Positions 1 through 7,940 of a stretch of DNA of 61,014 bases are shown here, piece after piece. Within the stretch, counting starts at the first letter, position 1. Every line of letters starts with the position of its first letter. Below the pieces are notes generated by a model. It made no database searches, had not been told where the DNA came from, and saw only the letters and a program-made list of their open reading frames with translations. Source of the DNA: Candidatus Yanofskybacteria bacterium (GTDB lineage: Bacteria > Patescibacteriota > Minisyncoccia > 2-02-FULL-40-12 > IGHO2-01-FULL-4-A); NCBI GenBank assembly GCA_016185545.1, contig JACPNJ010000006.1, forward strand, positions 1 through 61,014, read 5' to 3'. A program made the translations under genes and the position numbers.

Positions 1-286
1 TAGATACCCTTGTATTCCACGCCCTAAACGATGCAGATTAGCTATCGGGAGCATCGACCCTCCCGGTGGCGCAGCTAACGCGTTAAATCTGCCGCCTGGG
101 AAGTACGAGCGCAAGCTTAAAACTCAAAGGAATAGGCGGGGACTCGCACAAGCGGTGGATCATGTGGTTCAATTCGACACAGAGCGAAAAACCTCACCAG
201 GGCTTGAAATGCTAGTGAAAATCCCGGGAAACCGGGACTCCCGCAAGGCACTAGCACAGGTGCTGCACGGCTGTCGTCAGCTCGTC

Positions 287-1115
287 AGGTGATATGTAAA
301 ATCGCCTAGTTGTATGCTAATGTTAAGATACAGCTAAAATCAGCTCATATCGGGGAAAGTTTAAAAAACCAATCCCGAGGGAAGTTGGAATTATGTGCCA
401 CATATTAGATGTATTTTAGGAGACGGATATATTTATCCAAAAGGCGCCATACAAATCGAGCAGGGAATCAGACAAAAAGATTATCTGCTTTGGAAGTTTA
501 GACAATTGAAAAACCTCGTATCTGTAAAACCGAGATTAATTACTAGAAAACGACGAGATGGAAGCGTCGGTCAATCATGTAGATTTGTGTTAAAACAATA
601 TTTCAGACCGTGGCGTAAGATATTTTACCCAAATGGCAAGAAAGTAATAAATGATAGGGTGTTGGACCTTATCACGCCTCTTTCTTTGGCCGTTTGGTAC
701 ATGGATGATGGTTGCAAGAAAAATAACTACACATTGATTATCTCTACTGATTCTTTCAGTAAAAATAGCATCGGCAAAATTAGAAAATTGCTAAAAAATA
801 AATGGAATATTAAAACAAGAATAAAAATTAAAAAATATGGAAAGAAAAAGTACGAGAGATTAACAATCGGCAGTTATGATTTAGTAACATTTATGGATTT
901 AATCCGTCCGTATATTATACCTAGTATGTTGTACAAAATTTCTGACCCCTTAACGACTTACTCGATTAAACGCCAACACAGGCTTTAATCGGGAGATAGT
1001 AAGTGATGAAGCTTCGGCTGATGGCTTACTATAAAACGCTGGTCCAGTTTCTTTATATAAAAGAACTGGAAAGGTATAGTCTAACTTTTCTTTTAATAAA
1101 AAGAGAGAGGACTGG
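287..1115 (+). mobile_element. Insertion 1 in 16S rRNA (intron-like intervening sequence) carrying a homing-endonuclease ORF
   Basis: 16S colinearity breaks after GTCGTCAGCTCGT (about 286) and resumes at ..TTAAGTGGGGAAACGAGCGCAACCC (about 1116). The intervening sequence is AT-rich and encodes ORF 395-988. Boundaries are accurate to about 10 nt. Confidence 0.7.
395..988 (+). CDS. LAGLIDADG-family homing endonuclease (two-motif type)
   Basis: Motifs ILGDGYIY near the N-terminus and LAVWYMDDGC in the middle. The ORF lies inside the rRNA insertion. Confidence 0.8.
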   Translation: MPHIRCILGDGYIYPKGAIQIEQGIRQKDYLLWKFRQLKNLVSVKPRLITRKRRDGSVGQSCRFVLKQYFRPWRKIFYPNGKKVINDRVLDLITPLSLAVWYMDDGCKKNNYTLIISTDSFSKNSIGKIRKLLKNKWNIKTRIKIKKYGKKKYERLTIGSYDLVTFMDLIRPYIIPSMLYKISDPLTTYSIKRQHRL

Positions 1116-1392
1116 TTCCCTTAAGTGGGGAAACGAGCGCAACCCCTATTGCCTGTTATACGTGTCAGGCGAGACTGCTAGGGTTGACCTAGAGGAAGGC
1201 GGGGACGACGTCAAGTCAGCGTGGCCCTTTGATGCCCTGGGCTACACACATGATACAATGGGGAGTAACAATGGGTTGCCAAGCCGCGAGGCGGAGCTAA
1301 TCCCATCAAACCTCCCCCCAGTTCGGATTGGAGGCTGCAACTTGCCTGCAGATCAGCACGCTGCGGTGAATACGTTCTCGATCTTTGCACTC

Positions 1393-2354
1393 AGAATTAA
1401 TTGCGCATGGCAGTTTGTAAAACTAAATAGTTAAAATCTATTCCTCCGGGACCCGCCCGGAAGCGTAGTTGAAAGGTAGTCCCGAATTCGCGAGAATCGG
1501 GGCGAAGGACCTGGAAACAAACCGCAGCCAAATCTATCCGCCGTTGGCGGAGACTTGCATTGACCTCTATACAGGCGGTGAGGTAGAGGGAAAATGTCGC
1601 AAAAAGGTCGTTTGGATGTGAGGAATAGTTTTGCAAATAACCCATGGAGATCTCGTGTGGTTACGGAACTTTGACACCACACGAGAAGTCAGCTCTGTCA
1701 TAGTATTGTTGATAACTAAAAAACATGAAAATGTTATACTTGGTGTATGTATACACCGAAACAACAAGAAGGACAGAACCTATTGGACCCAAATTATATT
1801 GTTGGATTTGTCGATGGAGAAGGATGTTTTTCTGTGGGGTGCAGTCGAAGACCCGATATAAAGTCGGGATATGATATTCGGGCTGCATTCGAAATAGAAA
1901 TGGTAATAGATGACAAGTCAATCCTAGAAAAAATTCATGAAACTCTGGAAAAGCCTGGTCATATTTACACTTATGAATTTAAACGTTACCCTCGCTGGAA
2001 ACCACACTGTAAATTAAAGGTCTCTAGCATGAAGGGGCTAACAGAAATAATCATCCCTTTCTTCAAAAAATACCGATTGCAATCAAAAAAGAGAAAAAGT
2101 TTTGAAATTTTCTGCAAAATTGTCAAAATGATTTCTGAAAAGAAACATCTTAAAATATCCTATGCAAAAAAGATTGTTGCAATGAGGAATAAAATGAATC
2201 CAACAGGAAAAGGAAATAGAAAATATCATCTTGTCCAATGGGGCTCGCGTAGTGCGGGAAATCCGCTCGCTACGCCCAATCGTAAAAAGATTGGCCCCGA
2301 TCGCTATGTTTAGTGGTCGCGGATGGGGAATCTAAAGTATGTTCCTACTGAAGA
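1393..2354 (+). mobile_element. Insertion 2 in 16S rRNA (intron-like intervening sequence) carrying a homing-endonuclease ORF
   Basis: 16S colinearity breaks after GCGGTGAATACGTTCTCGATCTTTGCACTC (about 1392) and resumes at AATTCCGCCCGTCATTGC (about 2355). This splits the universal GTACACACCGCCCGT region. Boundaries are accurate to about 10 nt. Confidence 0.7.
1747..2313 (+). CDS. LAGLIDADG-family homing endonuclease
   Basis: Classic N-terminal motif YIVGFVDGEGCF. The ORF lies inside the second rRNA insertion. Confidence 0.8.
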   Translation: MYTPKQQEGQNLLDPNYIVGFVDGEGCFSVGCSRRPDIKSGYDIRAAFEIEMVIDDKSILEKIHETLEKPGHIYTYEFKRYPRWKPHCKLKVSSMKGLTEIIIPFFKKYRLQSKKRKSFEIFCKIVKMISEKKHLKISYAKKIVAMRNKMNPTGKGNRKYHLVQWGSRSAGNPLATPNRKKIGPDRYV

Positions 2355-2822
2355 ATTCCGCCCGTCATTGCAGGGGAGCCGGGAATACCCGAAGACCCGT
2401 ATTATTATATGGGGCCACGGTAGGCTCGGTGACAAAGCAAAAGTCGTAACAAGGCACGGGTAGGAGAACCTGCTCGTGGATCACCTCCTTTCTAAATCTT
2501 CTAAAAGGGATTTAGAGCAATGAAGTCGATGTAAGTTATAAATGTTCGCTCGCTTGCCCTTACGAAGCCCACAAGGGCGAAGGAGGGTCGATGGGGTGAA
2601 TGCGCGGTATTAGGGGCCGGTTAATGCGCCCTTGATACTGCGTAAAATTTACAACTTATGGTCATCCGCTTTGACCTATTCAAGCGGCGTTTGAAGCTAA
2701 GCGTATCGATAAACGCTTGCCTGGTTGACGATAAGAAATCATGCAACTCAAATCTGGCCTGCCCAGCCCTTTTGAGTAAAGCGAAAAAGAGCTGGGTTAA
2801 CGATAAGAACTCGTGTAAAATC

Positions 2823-2860
2823 AAAAACCGCCCTAAGTTTATCTAATGGACGGTTTTTGA
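2823..2860. terminator. Hairpin AAAAACCG..CGGTTTTT downstream of convergent features
   Basis: The inverted repeat aaaaaccgcc / gacggttttt has A/T runs on both sides. It lies just 3' of the minus-strand ORF 2864-3112. Confidence 0.5.
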
Positions 2861-2863
2861 TTT

Positions 2864-3112
2864 CTATATTTTAGCCATAATTTTACTCTCTTCTTTTTCT
2901 CTTTCAGTTTCTGCCTCTTTTATTAATTTTTCCATTCCAGCAACTCCTTCTTTGTTGCCTGCTACTTTGTGTTCCTCTAGTTTTGTCTGGTGTTCAGCAA
3001 TTATACCATTCCAATATTCAATTTGTTTTCTAGCTTCCGCCACAAATTTTTCCTGGGCTTGTTCAGCTTCTTCGTGTGAAATTTTACCAGTTGGCATTGA
3101 TTCAAATCCCAT
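2864..3112 (-). CDS. Hypothetical small charged (E/K-rich) helical protein
   Basis: Open frame of 82 aa with GGAGG-like AAGGAGG upstream on the minus strand (plus-strand cctcctt at 3119-3125). No recognisable family. Confidence 0.5.
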   Translation of the reverse strand: MGFESMPTGKISHEEAEQAQEKFVAEARKQIEYWNGIIAEHQTKLEEHKVAGNKEGVAGMEKLIKEAETEREKEESKIMAKI

Positions 3113-3219
3113 AAAAACCTCCTTTCGCGAAATTTGTCTGCAAGCAAAGCGAGCAGTAACAAATTTCAGCGTCCGCCAAAGCTTTATGCGTAGGCGGACA
3201 AACCATTTAATTAATTAGC

Positions 3220-3705
3220 TTACGCCCTTGATTCAAGAACAGTAACGCGATGTTCAAGCTTGTTAATTTTTCTTGTAGCCCCGGGCAAAAGTTCTTCCTT
3301 TACTTCTTTCATATCTGTCTTTAGCACGGTCATATCCTCTTTCATTACAGTCATATCCTCTTTCATTACAGTCATATCCTCTTTCATTACGGTCATATCT
3401 TCTTTCATCACAGTCATATCCTCTTTCAACTCCGCAACCGTTTCCATAAGCACTTCTGTTTTAATTTCTAGTTTGTCTAGGCGTTGATCTACATGCCCCA
3501 GATGTTTATTTATGTTTACGAGATTGCGGTTTGTATCAATATACTGCTCGGCCACCACCTTAACTTCGTTATCAAATTTCTCATATAAAACTCCCATGAA
3601 AGTTTTCATCTCATCCTTAAAACCTCGGATATTTTTACCGATTTTGGTTTCTAATTTATTTAAATCACCCTTGGTTGCAAACTGGTTTTCTGATTTATTG
3701 GTCAT
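3220..3705 (-). CDS. Hypothetical coiled-coil protein with 5-6 tandem MKEDMTV heptads
   Basis: 161-aa ORF with heptad-rich sequence. It contains the 21-bp tandem DNA repeat. Confidence 0.65.
   Translation of the reverse strand: MTNKSENQFATKGDLNKLETKIGKNIRGFKDEMKTFMGVLYEKFDNEVKVVAEQYIDTNRNLVNINKHLGHVDQRLDKLEIKTEVLMETVAELKEDMTVMKEDMTVMKEDMTVMKEDMTVMKEDMTVLKTDMKEVKEELLPGATRKINKLEHRVTVLESRA
3310..3435. repeat. 21-bp tandem repeat (about 6 copies, unit catatcctctttcattacagt)
   Basis: Near-identical 21-nt units are read directly at 3331, 3352, 3373, 3394 and 3415, with a degenerate unit at 3310. They are in frame in ORF 3220-3705. Confidence 0.9.
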
Positions 3706-3761
3706 GATGTTGTCAGTCTATCATTAGCATGTTTGGTGTCAATTATTGACAAAACCGGAAG

Positions 3762-4544
3762 CTATTTTATTTGATACGTTAATGTAACATTCACCGTAAT
3801 CTCATCTTCTCCGGGCGGCAGTGATGGGCCGGATACGTCTCCGCCGCCCATATCCTCGGCTTTTGCATAATAAATTCCCGGATAACCGCCAAAACCTTCT
3901 GAAAAATTAACTATCTTACCCAGACGAATTCCGATTTGGCTTTTCAACTCATCGGCCTTTTTCTTGGCATCGGCAATTGCTTTAGCACGAGCTTCGGATT
4001 TTAATTTTTCCAGATCCTCCACTGAAAATCCGAGATTATTGACATTATTCACGCCCACCGAAACCAAACCGTCTACAATTCCGCTTAGTTTATCAAAATT
4101 CCTGACCTTAACTTGGAAACTCTGCGTTACTTGATAACCGACTATCTTGGGCTGGCCGTCTCTTTCAGGCGGAAGAATAGACGGTTCTGATTGGTTATAG
4201 ATAACCGGACGGGGATAAGAATACTTTGGATAAATACTGTAAGAGGTTGTTTTGATGTCTTTGTCTTCAATGCCCTGCTTTTTTAGAAAGTCAGTAACTT
4301 TTTGTGATTTTTTAGAATTATCATCCTGCGCCGCCTTGGAAGTTGTCGCCTCGGTAATTATACTGAACTCAACCATGGCAATATCCGGCTTTGCCATTAC
4401 TTTTCCCTCGCCGCTAAATGACACTGTATTTGTGGTAGCGGCAGTATTCAGCTTCTGATTTATACTAACCAATAAAAAGACCGCAAAGATAATGACTAGC
4501 GCCGCAGACGACCAATATACTATTGTTTTTTGAAATTTAGTCAT
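3762..4544 (-). CDS. SIMPL / DUF541-family secreted protein (BP26/OMP28-like) with N-terminal membrane anchor
   Basis: N-terminal transmembrane segment. The family-typical layout is present: ..VSGEGKV..KPDIA.v.fsv..., GYQVTQSFQVKVRNFDKLSGIVD, and a C-terminal A/K-rich helix ARAKAIADAKKKADEL. Confidence 0.75.
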   Translation of the reverse strand: MTKFQKTIVYWSSAALVIIFAVFLLVSINQKLNTAATTNTVSFSGEGKVMAKPDIAMVEFSIITEATTSKAAQDDNSKKSQKVTDFLKKQGIEDKDIKTTSYSIYPKYSYPRPVIYNQSEPSILPPERDGQPKIVGYQVTQSFQVKVRNFDKLSGIVDGLVSVGVNNVNNLGFSVEDLEKLKSEARAKAIADAKKKADELKSQIGIRLGKIVNFSEGFGGYPGIYYAKAEDMGGGDVSGPSLPPGEDEITVNVTLTYQIK

Positions 4545-5098
4545 CTTAAAAATTCCTTCCCTTTTTGAAAATTAAACGGATAAAATTTTTCAAACAATAA
4601 AGCCATTTTTTTATTTTTAGATTTTAGGGTCAATAATAACAGGTTACGGCTTTTTGTAATGTCACTGAATACAATTTCATTTAAATTCTTCAACGCGTTT
4701 TTTAACTTTTCCAAAATTTCACTGTCGGCCTCCTCAAGAGCTTTTGACACTAAATAATCAGGGAATTTCAACGGAATTTCAAATTTATTTTGATTCTCAA
4801 ATTTCACATCCGGGTCAATATGCAAAGGCTGATCACCAATAATACCCATAGTGCCCATTGAATAATATTTTTCCCATTTCCAGAATTCTTTTAAAAATGC
4901 CTGCCATTTTTCGACTTCTGTGTCTAATTCTTTTTTATCTGCTTCACCTTGAATTTTTATACCTTCTAAACCCTCCGGGGATTTCATTTGATCTTCTAGC
5001 CGCTGGAAAAAGGGGTCATCGACCTTTCCTAATTTTTCTAATTCTTCTAAATCTTCTCTGGTGGGTTCTTTGGGTTCTGGTATTGTTTTTTGTTCCAT
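4541..5098 (-). CDS. Hypothetical acidic protein
   Basis: 185-aa ORF with a 4-nt ATGA overlap to the downstream gene, suggesting an operon. No recognisable family. Confidence 0.55.
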   Translation of the reverse strand: MEQKTIPEPKEPTREDLEELEKLGKVDDPFFQRLEDQMKSPEGLEGIKIQGEADKKELDTEVEKWQAFLKEFWKWEKYYSMGTMGIIGDQPLHIDPDVKFENQNKFEIPLKFPDYLVSKALEEADSEILEKLKNALKNLNEIVFSDITKSRNLLLLTLKSKNKKMALLFEKFYPFNFQKGKEFLR

Positions 5099-5124
5099 CG
5101 TTTCATGATACTATATTCCCCATA

Positions 5125-5598
5125 ATGTTAACAGGACGAATTTTTCTTATACTACACAACATCCGCAGTGCCTACAACGTCGGCTCTATTTTTCGTACGG
5201 CTGACGGGGTGGGGGTGGCTAAAATTTATATCTGCGGAATTTCGCCGACACCGGATGATGCTAAGGTAGCAAAAACTTCGCTGGGAGCAGAAAAGATGGT
5301 GCCGTGGGAATACCGTAAGCAAACATGGAGATGTTTGCTTGAAATCAAAAACCAAAACTCAAATCTCAAAATTATTGCATTAGAGCAAATGAAAAAAAGC
5401 GTAAATATTTTCAAATTCAAGCCGAAATTTCCATTGGCTCTTATTGTCGGCAATGAGGTGCGAGGCCTGAATAAAAAAATCCTGTCTTATGCTGACAAGA
5501 TTATTGAGATACCGATGTATGGCAAAAAAGAATCGCTTAATGTTGCAGTAGCAACTGGGGTGGCATTGTATACAATTTTAAATCCAAAATCTAAATGA
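5125..5598 (+). CDS. SpoU/TrmH-family RNA 2'-O-methyltransferase
   Basis: Motifs NVGSIFRTA, LIVGNEVRGL and IPMYGKKESLNVAVATGVALY. The start is set at the ATG at 5125, because the upstream part of the track ORF is antisense overlap with gene 4541-5098. Confidence 0.8.
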   Translation: MLTGRIFLILHNIRSAYNVGSIFRTADGVGVAKIYICGISPTPDDAKVAKTSLGAEKMVPWEYRKQTWRCLLEIKNQNSNLKIIALEQMKKSVNIFKFKPKFPLALIVGNEVRGLNKKILSYADKIIEIPMYGKKESLNVAVATGVALYTILNPKSK

Positions 5599-5670
5599 CA
5601 AATGCCAAATGGTTTTGGGTTTTAGATTTTGAGTTTGATTTGTAATTTGGATTTTGACATTTGGATTTTT
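5581..5670. repeat. AT-rich heptamer-periodic inverted array (CAAATGN-type units, then the inverse)
   Basis: Left arm: aatccaaaatctaaatgacaaatgccaaatgg. Right arm: ttttgggttttagattttgagtttgatttgtaatttggattttgacatttggattttt. It spans the SpoU stop (5596) to 2 nt before the rnhB ATG (5673). Confidence 0.8.
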
Positions 5671-5672
5671 AA

Positions 5673-6377
5673 ATGAGGCTTCCACACAAAACTCTTGAAA
5701 AAAAATTATTTGCGGACGGTTATCGCCATGTTATTGGCATAGATGAAGTTGGAATGGCTTGTCTGGCCGGACCTGTTTATGTTTGCGCGGTTTTGTTTAC
5801 TAAAGAATTTTTCGAAAAACCACATAAAAACCTGATCGGCTTGCGCGACTCCAAACAACTCTTACCGCATCAACGCGAAAAATTTTATGCCGAACTTATA
5901 AAAGAAGAGGGGATTAAGTACCAATTGGCTTCCTGCAATCCGAAAACAATAGACAAAATTAATATATATCAGGCGGCAAGGTTGACAATGAGAAGAGCCG
6001 TGAACAAACTAGGCGTCAGGTGCCAGGTGTCAGGTGTCAGAAAATCAAAACAAAAAAATTTTTACCTGAAACCTGTAACCTGCAACCTGAAACCTGCCGT
6101 TGTATTGGTTGATGGCAAGACTCCCATTAACGGTCTAAATCTGCCTCAAATGGCAATCGTGAAAGGCGACCGCAAGATTTTTGCTATTGCCTGCGCCTCT
6201 ATTATAGCCAAGGTTACCAGAGACCGCGTTATGTCACACCTTGCCAAGCGCTACCCCCAATACGGTCTTGAAAAACATAAGGGCTACCCAACCAAACTGC
6301 ACAAAGCCATGCTCATCCAACACGGTATTTGCGAAATACACAGAAAGTCTTTTGCACCAATAACTAAACTGCTATAA
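5673..6377 (+). CDS. rnhB: Ribonuclease HII, with a 29-codon in-frame heptamer-array insertion
   Basis: GIDEVGMACLAGPV (catalytic DE), VLVDGK, and IACASIIAKVTRD..YGLEKHKGYPT..H. Confidence 0.9.
   Translation: MRLPHKTLEKKLFADGYRHVIGIDEVGMACLAGPVYVCAVLFTKEFFEKPHKNLIGLRDSKQLLPHQREKFYAELIKEEGIKYQLASCNPKTIDKINIYQAARLTMRRAVNKLGVRCQVSGVRKSKQKNFYLKPVTCNLKPAVVLVDGKTPINGLNLPQMAIVKGDRKIFAIACASIIAKVTRDRVMSHLAKRYPQYGLEKHKGYPTKLHKAMLIQHGICEIHRKSFAPITKLL
6011..6097. repeat. Heptamer-periodic inverted array inside rnhB
   Basis: Sequence is aggcgtc aggtgcc aggtgtc aggtgtc ag, then an A-rich loop, then acctgaa acctgta acctgca acctgaa acctg. It is 87 nt (29 codons) with no stop. Confidence 0.9.
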
Positions 6378-6384
6378 TTCAGAG

Positions 6385-6747
6385 GTGCGGAAGCGAAATA
6401 TTATTTTGATTGTGTTGCTAATACTGGTGGCTCTATTTTTATTTGCACCTTCCTTGATTAAGCTAATATTTGCACCCAACGCTAATTTACCAATTTTTAA
6501 TCTAATAGATGCAGCGGCATGCGAAAGAAAGGGTGGAGTATACGAAAGGGCTGGATTGGCTGGTTACTATAGATGTATTGCAGCTTTCCCTGACGCTGGT
6601 AAAGAATGTACTAGTTCAAAAGAGTGCTCTTCGGGACGGTGCCAGATTACGGAGAGTGGTCAAAAAATAGGCAGGTGTAAAAAAGATGATAATCCATTCG
6701 GATGTTTCGGTAAAATTGAGGACGGGTATATACTTTGTGTAGATTAA
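6385..6747 (+). CDS. Hypothetical small secreted cysteine-rich protein (GTG start)
   Basis: N-terminal hydrophobic signal or anchor, then 8 Cys in about 80 aa. Confidence 0.5.
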   Translation: MRKRNIILIVLLILVALFLFAPSLIKLIFAPNANLPIFNLIDAAACERKGGVYERAGLAGYYRCIAAFPDAGKECTSSKECSSGRCQITESGQKIGRCKKDDNPFGCFGKIEDGYILCVD

Positions 6748-6760
6748 AACTTACAAAAAC

Positions 6761-7765
6761 ATGAATAAAATCGCAATCAATGGCTTTGGTCGTATAGGAC
6801 GGATATTTTTCAGGCAGGCATTCGGCCGTGCCGATTTGGATGTTGTCGCGATTAATGATTTGGGTACACCGGAAAATTTGGCTTACCTTTTGAAATACGA
6901 CACTGTGTACGGCCGATACGAAAAAGAGGTCGGCTATAAGGACTCCACGCTGGTAATTGAAGGCAAAGAGATTAGAGTGCTCAATGAAAAAGAGCCGGCT
7001 AAACTGCCATGGAAAGAACTTGGTGTAGATATTGTCATTGAATCAACCGGGGTTTTTGATTCGCGGGAACTTGCCGCGGCCCATCTTGACGCCGGCGCTA
7101 AGCGGGTAATAATTACCGCTCCCGCTAAAGACGAAATTACTCCTACGGCTACTCCGGGCCTTCTTGAAAACACCAAGCTGGATAAAATCACCTCCAATGC
7201 TTCCTGCACCACCAATGCCGTTAATCCTGTCATGGCGATAATGATGGCAAATCCCGGGGTACAAAAGGCGATACTTACAACTGTGCATGGTTACACGGCT
7301 ACGCAAGGTCTCGTAGATGGACCGGACAAAAAAGGCGATTTCCGCCGCGCCCGCGCGGCGGCGCAAAACATTGTGCCCTCCACAACCGGCGCGGCGGCGG
7401 CTACAGCCAGGGTTCTGCCGGGCCTCGCCGGTAAATTTGATGGCTTGGCAATCCGCGTACCGGTTCTATCCGGCTCGCTTATTGATATTACATTCCTGTC
7501 CGCCCGCCCGACTACAGCAGAAGAAATAAACGGCATATTTAAAGAAGCGGCCGTCCGACCGGAATGGCAGGGGATTTTGACTGTTACCGAAGACCCACTT
7601 GTATCATCTGATATTTTGCGTAATCACCACGGTTCAATCGTTGATTTGGCTTTAACACGCGTAGTTGATGGAGATTTGGTAAAAATTTTTTCCTGGTATG
7701 ATAACGAGTGGGGTTACGGAGCGATGCTTTTAAAGCATGTGCTCACGGTAGCTAGCATAATTTAA
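6761..7765 (+). CDS. gap: Glyceraldehyde-3-phosphate dehydrogenase, type I
   Basis: NGFGRIGR Rossmann start, active-site SNASCTTN, and WYDNEWGY near the C-terminus. Confidence 0.95.
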   Translation: MNKIAINGFGRIGRIFFRQAFGRADLDVVAINDLGTPENLAYLLKYDTVYGRYEKEVGYKDSTLVIEGKEIRVLNEKEPAKLPWKELGVDIVIESTGVFDSRELAAAHLDAGAKRVIITAPAKDEITPTATPGLLENTKLDKITSNASCTTNAVNPVMAIMMANPGVQKAILTTVHGYTATQGLVDGPDKKGDFRRARAAAQNIVPSTTGAAAATARVLPGLAGKFDGLAIRVPVLSGSLIDITFLSARPTTAEEINGIFKEAAVRPEWQGILTVTEDPLVSSDILRNHHGSIVDLALTRVVDGDLVKIFSWYDNEWGYGAMLLKHVLTVASII

Positions 7766-7862
7766 AATGCAAAATGCAAAAGTCAAAATTACAGTGCAAA
7801 ATTCAAAATTTTAAATTTTAAATTGTCATTTTTTATTTTGAGATTTACATTTTAAACTTTTG
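7764..7862. repeat. AT-rich heptamer-periodic inverted array
   Basis: Units aaaatgc aaaatgc aaaagtc aaaatta .. aaaattc aaaattt are followed by taaattt taaattg tcatttt ttatttt gagattt acatttt. It begins at the gap stop codon. Confidence 0.8.
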
Positions 7863-7940
7863 TGGCTCACATCCATGACGAAAAAATTAAAGAACTTGAA
7901 GACCCTCCTTCGCTAAAGCTTCGGATGGGCAAGAAAAGCT

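Larger units (their letters stand above)
1..2492 (+). rRNA. rrs: 16S rRNA gene, partial (starts near E. coli position ~785), interrupted by two large insertions; 3' end GGATCACCTCCTTTCT
   Basis: Conserved 16S blocks are read directly. These are TAGATACCC..CCACGCC.TAAACGATG at 1, AAACTCAAAGGAAT, GCTGCACGGCTGTCGTCAGCTCGT at 262-286, AACGAGCGCAACCC at 1132, GGAAGG.GGGGA.GACGTCAAGTC, GCGGTGAATACGTT at 1363, CCGCCCGTCA at 2358, AAGTCGTAACAAGG and GGATCACCTCCTT at 2478. Confidence 0.9.

Noticed and set aside
1003-1921. Several ORFs (1003-1434 +, 1397-1645 -, 1431-1682 -, 1567-1767 -, 1631-1861 +, 1661-1921 -) overlapping the 16S gene
   Set aside because: They run through conserved 16S exon sequence or the non-coding part of insertion 2. 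They have no family features and are treated as chance ORFs in an rRNA locus.
2575-2640. Possible 23S rRNA 5' end or spacer tRNA downstream of the 16S gene (ggtcgatggggtgaatgcgcggt...)
   Set aside because: It does not match the conserved 23S 5' blocks (GGTGGATGCC.., CGATGAAGGACG). No cloverleaf could be folded either.
4858-5124. Long N-terminal extension of the SpoU-family methyltransferase ORF
   Set aside because: It is antisense to the well-supported ORF 4541-5098 and has a low-complexity hydrophobic translation. The methyltransferase fold begins at the ATG at 5125.
6934-7536. Antisense or alternative-frame ORFs inside gap (6934-7233, 7043-7366, 7291-7536, 7317-7529)
   Set aside because: This is a GC-richer stretch of a highly conserved gene that produces long shadow ORFs with no independent support.
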